From: an uncultured virus (IMG/VR IMGVR_UViG_3300027712_000027)
Taxonomy: Duplodnaviria > Heunggongvirae > Uroviricota > Caudoviricetes
Strand: one strand, 5' to 3'
DNA length: 64,000 nucleotides
Virus record (IMG/VR): IMGVR_UViG_3300027712_000027
Part shown: positions 1 through 7,840 of the stretch, piece by piece
How positions within the stretch are numbered: position 1 is the first letter of the stretch
How the letters are laid out: each line of letters begins with the position of its first letter
Program-made: the position numbers and the translations under genes
Notes under the pieces: generated by a model
Databases searched by the model: none
Told to the model about the DNA's origin: nothing
The model's input: the letters and a program-made list of their open reading frames with translations, nothing else

Positions 1-147
1 TGGACCATTAGTGAGTGTGCCATTATTACCATTACCACTTAAGTCGGACCATGTAGTGCCAGAACCCGGATAAGACTTTGCATTAGCTGCATCGAGGTCG
101 AGTACGAGGCCGCTGGTGATAAGTTTAGGTCCACCATATACGCTCAT
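1..147 (-). CDS. LamG/concanavalin-A-like lectin virion protein, paralogue 3 (runs off the window)
   Basis: Hand translation MSVYGGPKLITSGLVLDLDAANAKSYPGSGTTWSDLSGNGNNGTL; same N-terminus as the two adjacent ORFs; ATGA overlap with the stop of 144..794. Confidence 0.8.
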   Translation of the reverse strand, partial: MSVYGGPKLITSGLVLDLDAANAKSYPGSGTTWSDLSGNGNNGTLTNGP

Positions 148-794
148 ATGCCGTATCTTCCTCTGAGTGCATTGAAGTTCTGTAGGACTTCTGTTGCTGA
201 TAATGCTCTGTTATAGATTGATACGTTTGATATATTACCATTAACATAATTAACTGATGCTGATGGATGTTTTCCAATTATAAAATTAGTATTTGTATTA
301 TTATATGAGCTTGCAAAGTTTAATACTGGAGACGGATTATCGTTAACGTATAGTAAAAAGTTTGTTGAAGTCTTTACTACATTCATATTATACCAAGCCC
401 CTATTGTTGTAGTAAAACTATAATAATGATTTGCTCCGTCCCATATATTAAGTTGATTTGTTTGATCTACTAGTAACTCAAAAGTAGGAGAACCTTGAAA
501 ATTTAATGGATTTCCCACATTATTATTGTTTTTCTTGAACCAAACAGAAATACTAAATTGTGTTCCTAAAGAGGAAGATAGGGAAGAAGTGACATGGTCA
601 TCCACACCATCAAACACTATTGAACCAGCATTGTTAGAACTAAACGTAGGTCCATTAACTAGTGTGCCGGTATTGTTTAAACCACTCATATCAGTCCAAG
701 TAGTACCTGATCCCGGATAAGACTTTGGATTAGCCGCATCTAGAACAAGCACAAGACCGTTAGTGACGATGCGAGGTGAGTGTGAGAGACCCAT
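144..794 (-). CDS. LamG/concanavalin-A-like lectin domain protein (putative tail-associated)
   Basis: GLVLVLDAANPKSYPGSGTTW...FDGVDD...W..NGNISNVSIYNRALSATEVLQNFNA pattern typical of phage LamG-like proteins. Confidence 0.8.
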   Translation of the reverse strand: MGLSHSPRIVTNGLVLVLDAANPKSYPGSGTTWTDMSGLNNTGTLVNGPTFSSNNAGSIVFDGVDDHVTSSLSSSLGTQFSISVWFKKNNNNVGNPLNFQGSPTFELLVDQTNQLNIWDGANHYYSFTTTIGAWYNMNVVKTSTNFLLYVNDNPSPVLNFASSYNNTNTNFIIGKHPSASVNYVNGNISNVSIYNRALSATEVLQNFNALRGRYGI

Positions 795-1489
795 CAGATA
801 CCATACCTTCCACGTAGTGCATTGAAGTTCTGTAGGACTTCTGCTGCTGATAGTGCTCTGTTGTATACATGTATCGCTGGTATATTCCCATTAAAAGAAT
901 ACTTTAATTGAACACCATCAAAAGTACCTATCTCTAAATTATTATTTGTAACGTTAGGAGTTCCTGTAATAGTAATTGTGCTTTGTATAACGCCATCGAT
1001 ATATAAAGTAAGCGAAGGTGACACATACGTTACTACTATATTATGCCAAGCTCCTGTTAAGTCTGAAACAGTCCAAGCATAATCATTGGCGTAAAACCAA
1101 TGTAAAACTTGAGGATTACCAGAACCATCGGTTTGCAAAGCTAAACCATTTTTTTGATTGGTACCATTGGTACCCCATGATATTATATTTGGATGATCGT
1201 TTGTGCTACCTTTATAATTGCTATATAACCATGCTGATTTAGTAAATGGATTATTACCTGTGACTAGTGATGGTGTAGTATTTGTAATTGACGTTATACT
1301 TGTGTTAACAAAACTAAAATAACCATTTTTAAGAGTAGAATATGTTGCATTATTTACTATACCATGATTACTAAGACCACTCATATCGGTCCATGTAGTA
1401 CCACTACCGGGATAAGACTTCACATTAGCCGCATCAAGTGCAAGAACTAATCCATCAGTCACGATCTTTGGATTATATGCAACGGCCAT
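794..1489 (-). CDS. LamG/concanavalin-A-like lectin domain protein
   Basis: Paralogue of 144..794; WHNIVVTY...LYIDG...YNRALSAAEV. Confidence 0.8.
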   Translation of the reverse strand: MAVAYNPKIVTDGLVLALDAANVKSYPGSGTTWTDMSGLSNHGIVNNATYSTLKNGYFSFVNTSITSITNTTPSLVTGNNPFTKSAWLYSNYKGSTNDHPNIISWGTNGTNQKNGLALQTDGSGNPQVLHWFYANDYAWTVSDLTGAWHNIVVTYVSPSLTLYIDGVIQSTITITGTPNVTNNNLEIGTFDGVQLKYSFNGNIPAIHVYNRALSAAEVLQNFNALRGRYGI

Positions 1490-1491
1490 TT

Positions 1492-2826
1492 TTAAAACTC
1501 AACCAAAAGCTTATCAACATCTTTACGTTCAGCAAAGATATGATAAAAGTAGTTTAACTTACTAACACTACCTTTGATATACACCTTGTTATCAGCTACT
1601 GCGCCGACACGTGGAATTACTGAATTACCAATTGGTGTGAGAGACACTGTGATGCTATCTTCATAAACAAGATTTACCCAATATTCCGGCAATTCAATTA
1701 CGTTAGAATTTGATTTGCCACGGATATAAACGCCATTTTCTGGACCTTCTAAAGACCCATAGCGAAGAGTCATATTTGGTTTGGTTGGATGTTTTATAAC
1801 GAACGACTTAGTTGTTGCTGCGAAACTTCCGGTTACTTCAAGTTTATACCCCGGAGATGCTGTACCAATACCTAAGTTACCATTGGAAACAAAATAACTC
1901 GCAGTGCCAACAGTAAATGTATTTGTTACAGAAGAATTAGCATAAGTTGCTGAGTTAGAAGCAATAGTAGCAATATATGCAGCGTTGACAAATACACCAG
2001 TAGAATTAGCGACAATACCAGTATTAGCAAGAACAGAAACTGTACCTGTGGTCGTAATAGGACCACCCGTCATACCATTACCAGTGGCAACAGATGTTAC
2101 TGTGCCTGACCCGCCACCACCACCTGATACTGTTGACCAATATACTGTTGTGCCATTAGTTGTTAATACTTGACCAGCAGTGCCAAAAGAACCATTTGCG
2201 TAAATAGAGTTTGCTGTAAATGAATTAACAACAAGATTTCCGTAATTTCCAACCGTACCATTGCTAACATAAACTATACCCGGTGATAATTTAAAGATCG
2301 CCGTATCGATTACTGGAGATGCTTGATCTGAACCTACGTTAGCTGATGTCCAGCCATAACCACCGTTAGCAGTCAGCGCAAAAATCGTGCTATTAGTAAA
2401 CCCACCCGTAGTACTACCGGCGCTATTAAAACTACCAAATGGCAACGCCCAACCATTAGTTCCATTATTTAAAAAATATCCGGTATGTGTTTTTAATTTT
2501 GAAAAAATTGCAATAGTATCACCAGAACCGATACCACTTGAGTTAGCACTCAATCTTATAGAAGAGTTACCAAGAGCAAATGAGGTCGAATTGATGGCAG
2601 TATTAACAGTAGAATTACCAACAGTCAATGTAGAAGTGATATTGACATTTATGTTATTGGCACCGACTGTGATGAGTGCAGAACCATTTGATGAGTAAAG
2701 AATACCATCAGTCATATTGAGGGCTAATTCGCCCGCTGCAATATACTGTGTATTTGCTATATCTGTGGTATTAGCAGTGCGCCCAGTCGTACTGGTACGC
2801 TTGACTTGAATTCTATTATTAGCCAT
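1492..2826 (-). CDS. Tail fibre-like protein
   Basis: N-terminal IQVKR...GELALN module, GNLGIGTASP fibre motif, C-terminal KSFVIKHP...LEGPENGVY domain. Confidence 0.7.
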   Translation of the reverse strand: MANNRIQVKRTSTTGRTANTTDIANTQYIAAGELALNMTDGILYSSNGSALITVGANNINVNITSTLTVGNSTVNTAINSTSFALGNSSIRLSANSSGIGSGDTIAIFSKLKTHTGYFLNNGTNGWALPFGSFNSAGSTTGGFTNSTIFALTANGGYGWTSANVGSDQASPVIDTAIFKLSPGIVYVSNGTVGNYGNLVVNSFTANSIYANGSFGTAGQVLTTNGTTVYWSTVSGGGGGSGTVTSVATGNGMTGGPITTTGTVSVLANTGIVANSTGVFVNAAYIATIASNSATYANSSVTNTFTVGTASYFVSNGNLGIGTASPGYKLEVTGSFAATTKSFVIKHPTKPNMTLRYGSLEGPENGVYIRGKSNSNVIELPEYWVNLVYEDSITVSLTPIGNSVIPRVGAVADNKVYIKGSVSKLNYFYHIFAERKDVDKLLVEF

Positions 2827-2860
2827 ATGGCATCCTCATCAATCGGCATGTACCGAGGTA

Positions 2861-3067
2861 TTAAAATTCAGAAGTATCTACTTCTGGTTTCTTTTTTTTA
2901 TTTTGTTTTTCTAACTGTTTTTCTAATTCTTCTATTTTAATTAATAGCTTTTTATTAGCAGCATCAATATACTGATTTCTAGCTTCGTTGAGGAGCCGAC
3001 TTTTGGTTAGCTCCTCAATTTCTTTCACCAATCTTTCAATATACATATTTACAAATTCAATTTCCAT
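2861..3067 (-). CDS. Small coiled-coil hypothetical protein
   Basis: 68-aa ORF co-oriented with the operon. Confidence 0.6.
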   Translation of the reverse strand: MEIEFVNMYIERLVKEIEELTKSRLLNEARNQYIDAANKKLLIKIEELEKQLEKQNKKKKPEVDTSEF

Positions 3068-3086
3068 AATAATTATCTTTCAGTAA

Positions 3087-3401
3087 TTATGAAATCCATG
3101 GCGGAGATAAAGAAACCATTGTCACTTGCAATTGATTATTAATGTTATTTATAATTTTATTTTTAATAGAAATTATGTCCTCGTATTTCGTAACCCACTC
3201 AATTGCAATTTCCTCCGTTAAATCTTCAAATTGCATAAAATTAGCTGGGTTTGGATCTTCTGTTGACGTCACACCATAAACCGTATGCGCTGCAGCGCCG
3301 CTGGAACCGGTTAAGTCCCAGCGGATAATTTTAATAACATTTTTTAATTCATCAATATCGACACAATCAAAAGTTTCGAATTTCCATGTATAATTTATCA
3401 T
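3087..3401 (-). CDS. Hypothetical protein (fibre-associated family)
   Basis: YTWK...F..FEDLTEE..IEWV...PPW pattern; 104 aa. Confidence 0.6.
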   Translation of the reverse strand: MINYTWKFETFDCVDIDELKNVIKIIRWDLTGSSGAAAHTVYGVTSTEDPNPANFMQFEDLTEEIAIEWVTKYEDIISIKNKIINNINNQLQVTMVSLSPPWIS

Positions 3402-3411
3402 ATTATTTACC

Positions 3412-3440
3412 TTGACTTAATCGTTGAAACACAGTATAAT
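3412..3440 (+). promoter_or_regulatory. Sigma70-type promoter antisense to the late tail operon
   Basis: TTGACT-17 bp-TATAAT, the same form as the early promoters at 37-51 kb. Confidence 0.55.
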
Positions 3441-3460
3441 CATATATGTTGTGATGATGT

Positions 3461-6181
3461 TTAAAACGTTCCACCGTCAAGAGTGTTCCAAGATACTGTT
3501 GTTCCATTAACCTGAAGAACATAACCATCAGTACCAATACCCAACTTGGTCAGAGCATTACCGGAGTTAGCAATAAGAATATCACCAGAAGTATAAGTGT
3601 TATATCCTGTACCACCGGATGTGGCTGGAAGAGCAGTGGATAATGACAGAGAATTAGCAGTAATATTTACGTTAACCGTAGCATTTGCAGTAAGAGTGAC
3701 AGCAGTTGAGTTAGCAACGAAAGCCACACCAGTTCCATAAGGAGACAAGTATGCTTGAAGAGTACCAGTCGAGCTATTTGCTGTAGTATCAACAGTTGTT
3801 GCAGTATTTGGATTAGTGTTAGAAGCGAAAAGCCAGAAGTAAGGATTACTGTTCGAAGACTTTGCAGCCTGACGAACCATACCTGAATACCAAATATTTG
3901 TAGCATTACCTGATGGATTAAACCAACCGCTATCGACAACGTCCGTTGTAAGGTTATTGTCAGCTAGCTGGATAATGTTATCGTTGATCATTAACTGTGA
4001 AGTGTTCACAGAAACAACAGTACCGCCGACAATTAAGTTACCACTGGCAACGATATCACGAATACGAAGTAGCGATGAAGTAGCGTCGATATTAGCACTA
4101 GTGAACGTTACATTCGAAGTAATAGAGGTGTTTGTACCACCAAACGAGTTAAGAGCGCCTGTAAGTGTTAGGTTAGCTCCGATGCTAGTATTAACAGAAG
4201 AGTTAACAACAGTCGAGTTAACCGTTAGATACGTTCCAACGTTAGCCGAAGTAGTTACATAAAGAGTACCAGTGTTAACTTGTCCAGAAACGTTAGCATA
4301 TGTTGCTGATAAGTTACCAGTAAGAGTGGTTGCAACAACAGCGATAGTATTAACGACTGTTGTGGCGCCGATATTTAGACCAGTAGCAGTTAAGTTAGCG
4401 GTTGCAGTTGAGTTCGAAACCTGAACCAACGATGCAGTCATTGTTGAGTTGACTGTTGAGTTGGTATAAGCCTGAATACCAGCAGCTGTTACGTTGGCAG
4501 TTGTTGTACTATTGGCAACCTGCATAACTGCAGAAGTATGAGTAGTATTAACTGTAGAATTACCAACAGTTAATGCCGAAGTTGTTAACTGTACGTTAGC
4601 ACCAACGTTTGCAGATGTTGTGGCAGTAAAGGTAGCTGTATTTGTCGAACCCGTAGTGCTGAAACCAGAAGCATTTACATAACCAGTGAAGAAACCACCG
4701 GCAAGATTAGCAACGAGTCCATTGGCGTTCAATACAGTTGTATTAGCAAGGAATGTGGTACCAACAGAAATAGTTGCACCATTAACAGTTCCAGTAGTCC
4801 AAACACCAGTAGCATTAGCTTGAACAGCTGATGCAATGTTAGCAGAGGTAGTAGCATAAAGTGTGGCAGTATTTGTAGAACCAGTGGTGTTAAAGCCAGA
4901 AGCGTTAGCATAACCAGTTAAGAAACCACCAGTTGAGTTAACAACGAGCCCGTTTGCGTTTAATGTTGTAGTATTGGCGATGAAAGTAGTGCCGACCGAA
5001 ATTGTCGCACCATTGACCGTACCGGTAGTCCAAACGCCAGTCGAGTTTGCTTGTACAGCAGAAGCGATGTTTGCGGAAGTAGCAGCATAAAGTGTGGCAG
5101 TGTTAACTTGTCCGGAAATATTAGCATAAGAAGCTGATAAGTTACCAGCAAGAACAGTCGCTGTAATTTGAGAAGAGTTAACAACTGTAGTCGCACCAAT
5201 TTTAAGATCAAGTGCGGTAAGGTTGGCAGTCGAAGTGCTATTCGAAACTTGAACTAATGAAGCAGTAATGGATGAGTTAACAGTCGAGTTAGTATAAGCT
5301 TGAATACCTGTGGCTGTTACGTTAGCACTCGAAGTACTGTTTGAAACCTGAACCAATGAAGATGTAACTGTTGAGTTAACAGTTGAGTTAGTTTGAGTTG
5401 TTATAGAAGTTGGAACAATTTGAACGTTACCAACAGAGTTAGCAACCGAAATAATTGATGTCGTTTGTGTGGTAGTACTATTACCAATAGTTAATGCACC
5501 ACTGTTTGCAAAAGTTACAGTTGGGGAAGTAGTGGTATTACCAACCCATCTAACAGATGTGGTGTCAACTACAAGGTTAGAGCCAAAGGTTATAGTGTTT
5601 TGGAATGTATGAGTATTAGTCCATACGTATTGCGCATTAACATTTACAGAAAATGTGGCTGGATTGACCCAGTATACGTTACCATTACCACCAGAAGCAA
5701 GAACATAACCCGAAGTACCATTAGAACCGTTGGCCGAAATAGCGTTTGTGGTTACTAATGCACCGTTGAATGTGATGGTGTTTGAATACGATTGAGTGTT
5801 TGTCCATGTGTATTGTGCAGTAACGTTTACGCCATAGGCAGCGGCTGAGAGCCAATAGACGTTCGATCCAGCGCCGCCAGTAGCAAGAATGTACCCTGCG
5901 GTACCAACAGAACCGTTGGCGGTAATTCCTTGTGGCTGTAAGTTGGCAACGATAAGTTGGTCTATACCAGATGTGGCATTGACAACAACCGCTTGGTTCG
6001 CTGTAAGCGTACCTGGGTACTGTCTACCACCGATACGAATATTACCGGTGCTACCGTCCGGATGACCAATATAAAGTATATTACCATTGGCAGTAAAAGC
6101 CAATTCACCGTTCGAAAGAGCTGGTACTGTTGAGTTAGTTGTCGAGCGTTTAATTTGGATTTTATTATTAGCCACGGCCAT
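3461..6181 (-). CDS. Long tail fibre-like protein, Asn/Ser/Thr-rich with internal duplications
   Basis: IQIKRS...LSNGELAF N-terminal module, repeated blocks, C-terminal LDGGTF. Confidence 0.75.
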   Translation of the reverse strand: MAVANNKIQIKRSTTNSTVPALSNGELAFTANGNILYIGHPDGSTGNIRIGGRQYPGTLTANQAVVVNATSGIDQLIVANLQPQGITANGSVGTAGYILATGGAGSNVYWLSAAAYGVNVTAQYTWTNTQSYSNTITFNGALVTTNAISANGSNGTSGYVLASGGNGNVYWVNPATFSVNVNAQYVWTNTHTFQNTITFGSNLVVDTTSVRWVGNTTTSPTVTFANSGALTIGNSTTTQTTSIISVANSVGNVQIVPTSITTQTNSTVNSTVTSSLVQVSNSTSSANVTATGIQAYTNSTVNSSITASLVQVSNSTSTANLTALDLKIGATTVVNSSQITATVLAGNLSASYANISGQVNTATLYAATSANIASAVQANSTGVWTTGTVNGATISVGTTFIANTTTLNANGLVVNSTGGFLTGYANASGFNTTGSTNTATLYATTSANIASAVQANATGVWTTGTVNGATISVGTTFLANTTVLNANGLVANLAGGFFTGYVNASGFSTTGSTNTATFTATTSANVGANVQLTTSALTVGNSTVNTTHTSAVMQVANSTTTANVTAAGIQAYTNSTVNSTMTASLVQVSNSTATANLTATGLNIGATTVVNTIAVVATTLTGNLSATYANVSGQVNTGTLYVTTSANVGTYLTVNSTVVNSSVNTSIGANLTLTGALNSFGGTNTSITSNVTFTSANIDATSSLLRIRDIVASGNLIVGGTVVSVNTSQLMINDNIIQLADNNLTTDVVDSGWFNPSGNATNIWYSGMVRQAAKSSNSNPYFWLFASNTNPNTATTVDTTANSSTGTLQAYLSPYGTGVAFVANSTAVTLTANATVNVNITANSLSLSTALPATSGGTGYNTYTSGDILIANSGNALTKLGIGTDGYVLQVNGTTVSWNTLDGGTF
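4640..5101 (-). repeat. Tandem 231-nt (77-aa) duplication inside the fibre gene
   Basis: TATLY.TSANIASAVQAN.TGVWTTGTVNGATISVGTTF.ANTT.LNANGLV occurs twice, 231 nt apart. Confidence 0.85.
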
Positions 6182-6213
6182 TTCCTTTTCCTATTTTTAG
6201 ATTATTTTTATTG

Positions 6214-6221
6214 TATTTATA
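6214..6221 (-). promoter_or_regulatory. T4-type late promoter
   Basis: TATAAATA upstream of the fibre gene. Confidence 0.75.
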
Positions 6222-6233
6222 AAAAACAAAAAA

Positions 6234-6515
6234 TTAAAAAGTTCCGCCATCTAATGATCCAGTTACATTAGTGATATCTAATTTTTGAGCTACCCATTGT
6301 TTAGTAGTAGAATTATATACTAATGTATCGCCTGTCGTTTCATTTGTTGATACTACGTCAGTTAAAGATTCTAAAGTCGTTGCACCACCGCTAATTATTG
6401 TTGGAATTGCTTTAAGCGTTACTGGTACTGTAGTATCGATAATTCCAGCTGTTGCATTGGTTGAAATTTTTACATTTCTTTTTTTTGATACGATAACATT
6501 TGTTACAGTTACCAT
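6234..6515 (-). CDS. Small virion-associated hypothetical protein
   Basis: 93 aa; LTDV...GDTLVYNSTTKQW fibre-type repeat; ends LDGGTF. Confidence 0.65.
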   Translation of the reverse strand: MVTVTNVIVSKKRNVKISTNATAGIIDTTVPVTLKAIPTIISGGATTLESLTDVVSTNETTGDTLVYNSTTKQWVAQKLDITNVTGSLDGGTF

Positions 6516-6517
6516 TT

Positions 6518-6901
6518 TTAACCACCCGAATAACCGTTAGCGAACCATGTATTGTTTGTTGAAAATATACCAGCAGTAACTGATGGAGTTACTGTAATAA
6601 TTCCTTCAACAACTCTTGAAACTGAATTTGATGCATTTTCTTTAATATTAACATCATATACATATCTACCAGTTTGCAAATTAGAAGAAGTATTAGCATC
6701 TAACTCTAAAGTAATAATACCTGCCGAAGCATTAATAGATACATTAAATGGTATTGAAGTTTGTGAAGTATACCATTTTTTAATTAAAGAATTGGCCTGA
6801 TAGCCATAAAGGTTTAAAGGATCTCCGTTATCGTCTAACAGCGAGAGATCAGTTGAAAAAGTAGCGCCTTGATCAATGACTAAGTTAGCTTTACTAGAAA
6901 T
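6518..6901 (-). CDS. Conserved T4-like virion protein with an apparent ATT start (absent from the ORF track)
   Basis: 127-codon open frame (I/M)SSKANLVIDQGATFSTDL...GRYVYDV...SRVVEGIITVTPSVT; GGAGG 5 nt before ATT; in-frame TAG just upstream. Confidence 0.75.
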   Translation of the reverse strand: MSSKANLVIDQGATFSTDLSLLDDNGDPLNLYGYQANSLIKKWYTSQTSIPFNVSINASAGIITLELDANTSSNLQTGRYVYDVNIKENASNSVSRVVEGIITVTPSVTAGIFSTNNTWFANGYSGG

Positions 6902-6928
6902 ATCAGCCTCCTATTTTTTCTTTTGACA

Positions 6929-7618
6929 TTAGACAGTTACCCTAGTAAATTTACCCGATGTACTTGATGAAACTGGTGTAAATACAAGCTGTAAACTTGT
7001 GCCATCTGTTGATGTCGAAAACACTCCCAATGAAGTACCAGTGGTAGTTACAGCGGCATATTCTGTAGAATATACGGCCGAACCATTATGCGCCGTTAAA
7101 ATTTTAGAAGTATAATGGTTATTGGCATTATTATCAGAAATATTAACGAGATATTCTGCCGAAGTATACGACGCCATAAGATAGCTATCTATTGTTTGGG
7201 AGCTTGTACCAGTTGTTGTAAACGATCCATTAGTAACAGGAGTTGTCTGTTGTGTAATTAGAGCCCAAGAACCGTTAGCATTATGGTAATATTGACCATT
7301 TGAAACCTGAGCTGCAGTTGGTACTGACAGTATCATAGAAGCTGTAGAGTTGGAAATTTTCAATACAGTTGAATTGGCCGATGTATTAACTGTTGAATTT
7401 CCAACAGAAATAGCATTAACAGTAAGATTAGCGTTAATCGTAATATTATTAGTAACAAGTGTATTACAATTAATAGACCCATTAACTGTAATTGCACCTG
7501 TAACAGCATTTCCGGTGGTTACCGCTGCAGTTGAAATGGCATTGACAACATAGTTAGTTGTGTCAAGCCATTTTTGAAATGTGTCGGTATTTGCGATATT
7601 AGTAATTTGCCAAGTCAT
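6929..7618 (-). CDS. Putative virion structural protein
   Basis: NTDTFQKWLDTTN N-terminus; S/T-rich; C-terminal SAEYLV...TEYA domain seen in T4-like tail proteins. Confidence 0.65.
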   Translation of the reverse strand: MTWQITNIANTDTFQKWLDTTNYVVNAISTAAVTTGNAVTGAITVNGSINCNTLVTNNITINANLTVNAISVGNSTVNTSANSTVLKISNSTASMILSVPTAAQVSNGQYYHNANGSWALITQQTTPVTNGSFTTTGTSSQTIDSYLMASYTSAEYLVNISDNNANNHYTSKILTAHNGSAVYSTEYAAVTTTGTSLGVFSTSTDGTSLQLVFTPVSSSTSGKFTRVTV

Positions 7619-7840
7619 TTATTGTCTCTTTAGTATCTGTTGCAACATTTGCTTAATATCGTTAATGTCATTTTCTAACTTAGCGATTTTTTCCGCCGAA
7701 GATTTAGAAGTTTCAAAAGCAGCTTTCTGTTTTCTATATGCTTCTAAACCAACGTTATCAACACTAAGCACAGCACCAGAATTCGGATCTTTAACCAAAC
7801 CTTCAATATCTGTTACTAGATATTTATTGTTTATACTCAT
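7619..7840 (-). CDS. Conserved small T4-like protein
   Basis: GLVKDPNSGAVL...LENDINDIKQML, typically found after the DUF4815 gene. Confidence 0.7.
   Translation of the reverse strand: MSINNKYLVTDIEGLVKDPNSGAVLSVDNVGLEAYRKQKAAFETSKSSAEKIAKLENDINDIKQMLQQILKRQ

Noticed and set aside
1..1489. Diversity-generating retroelement TR/VR pair in the lectin genes
   Set aside because: The shared segments are short and lie within both coding genes; no reverse transcriptase or free template repeat is in the window
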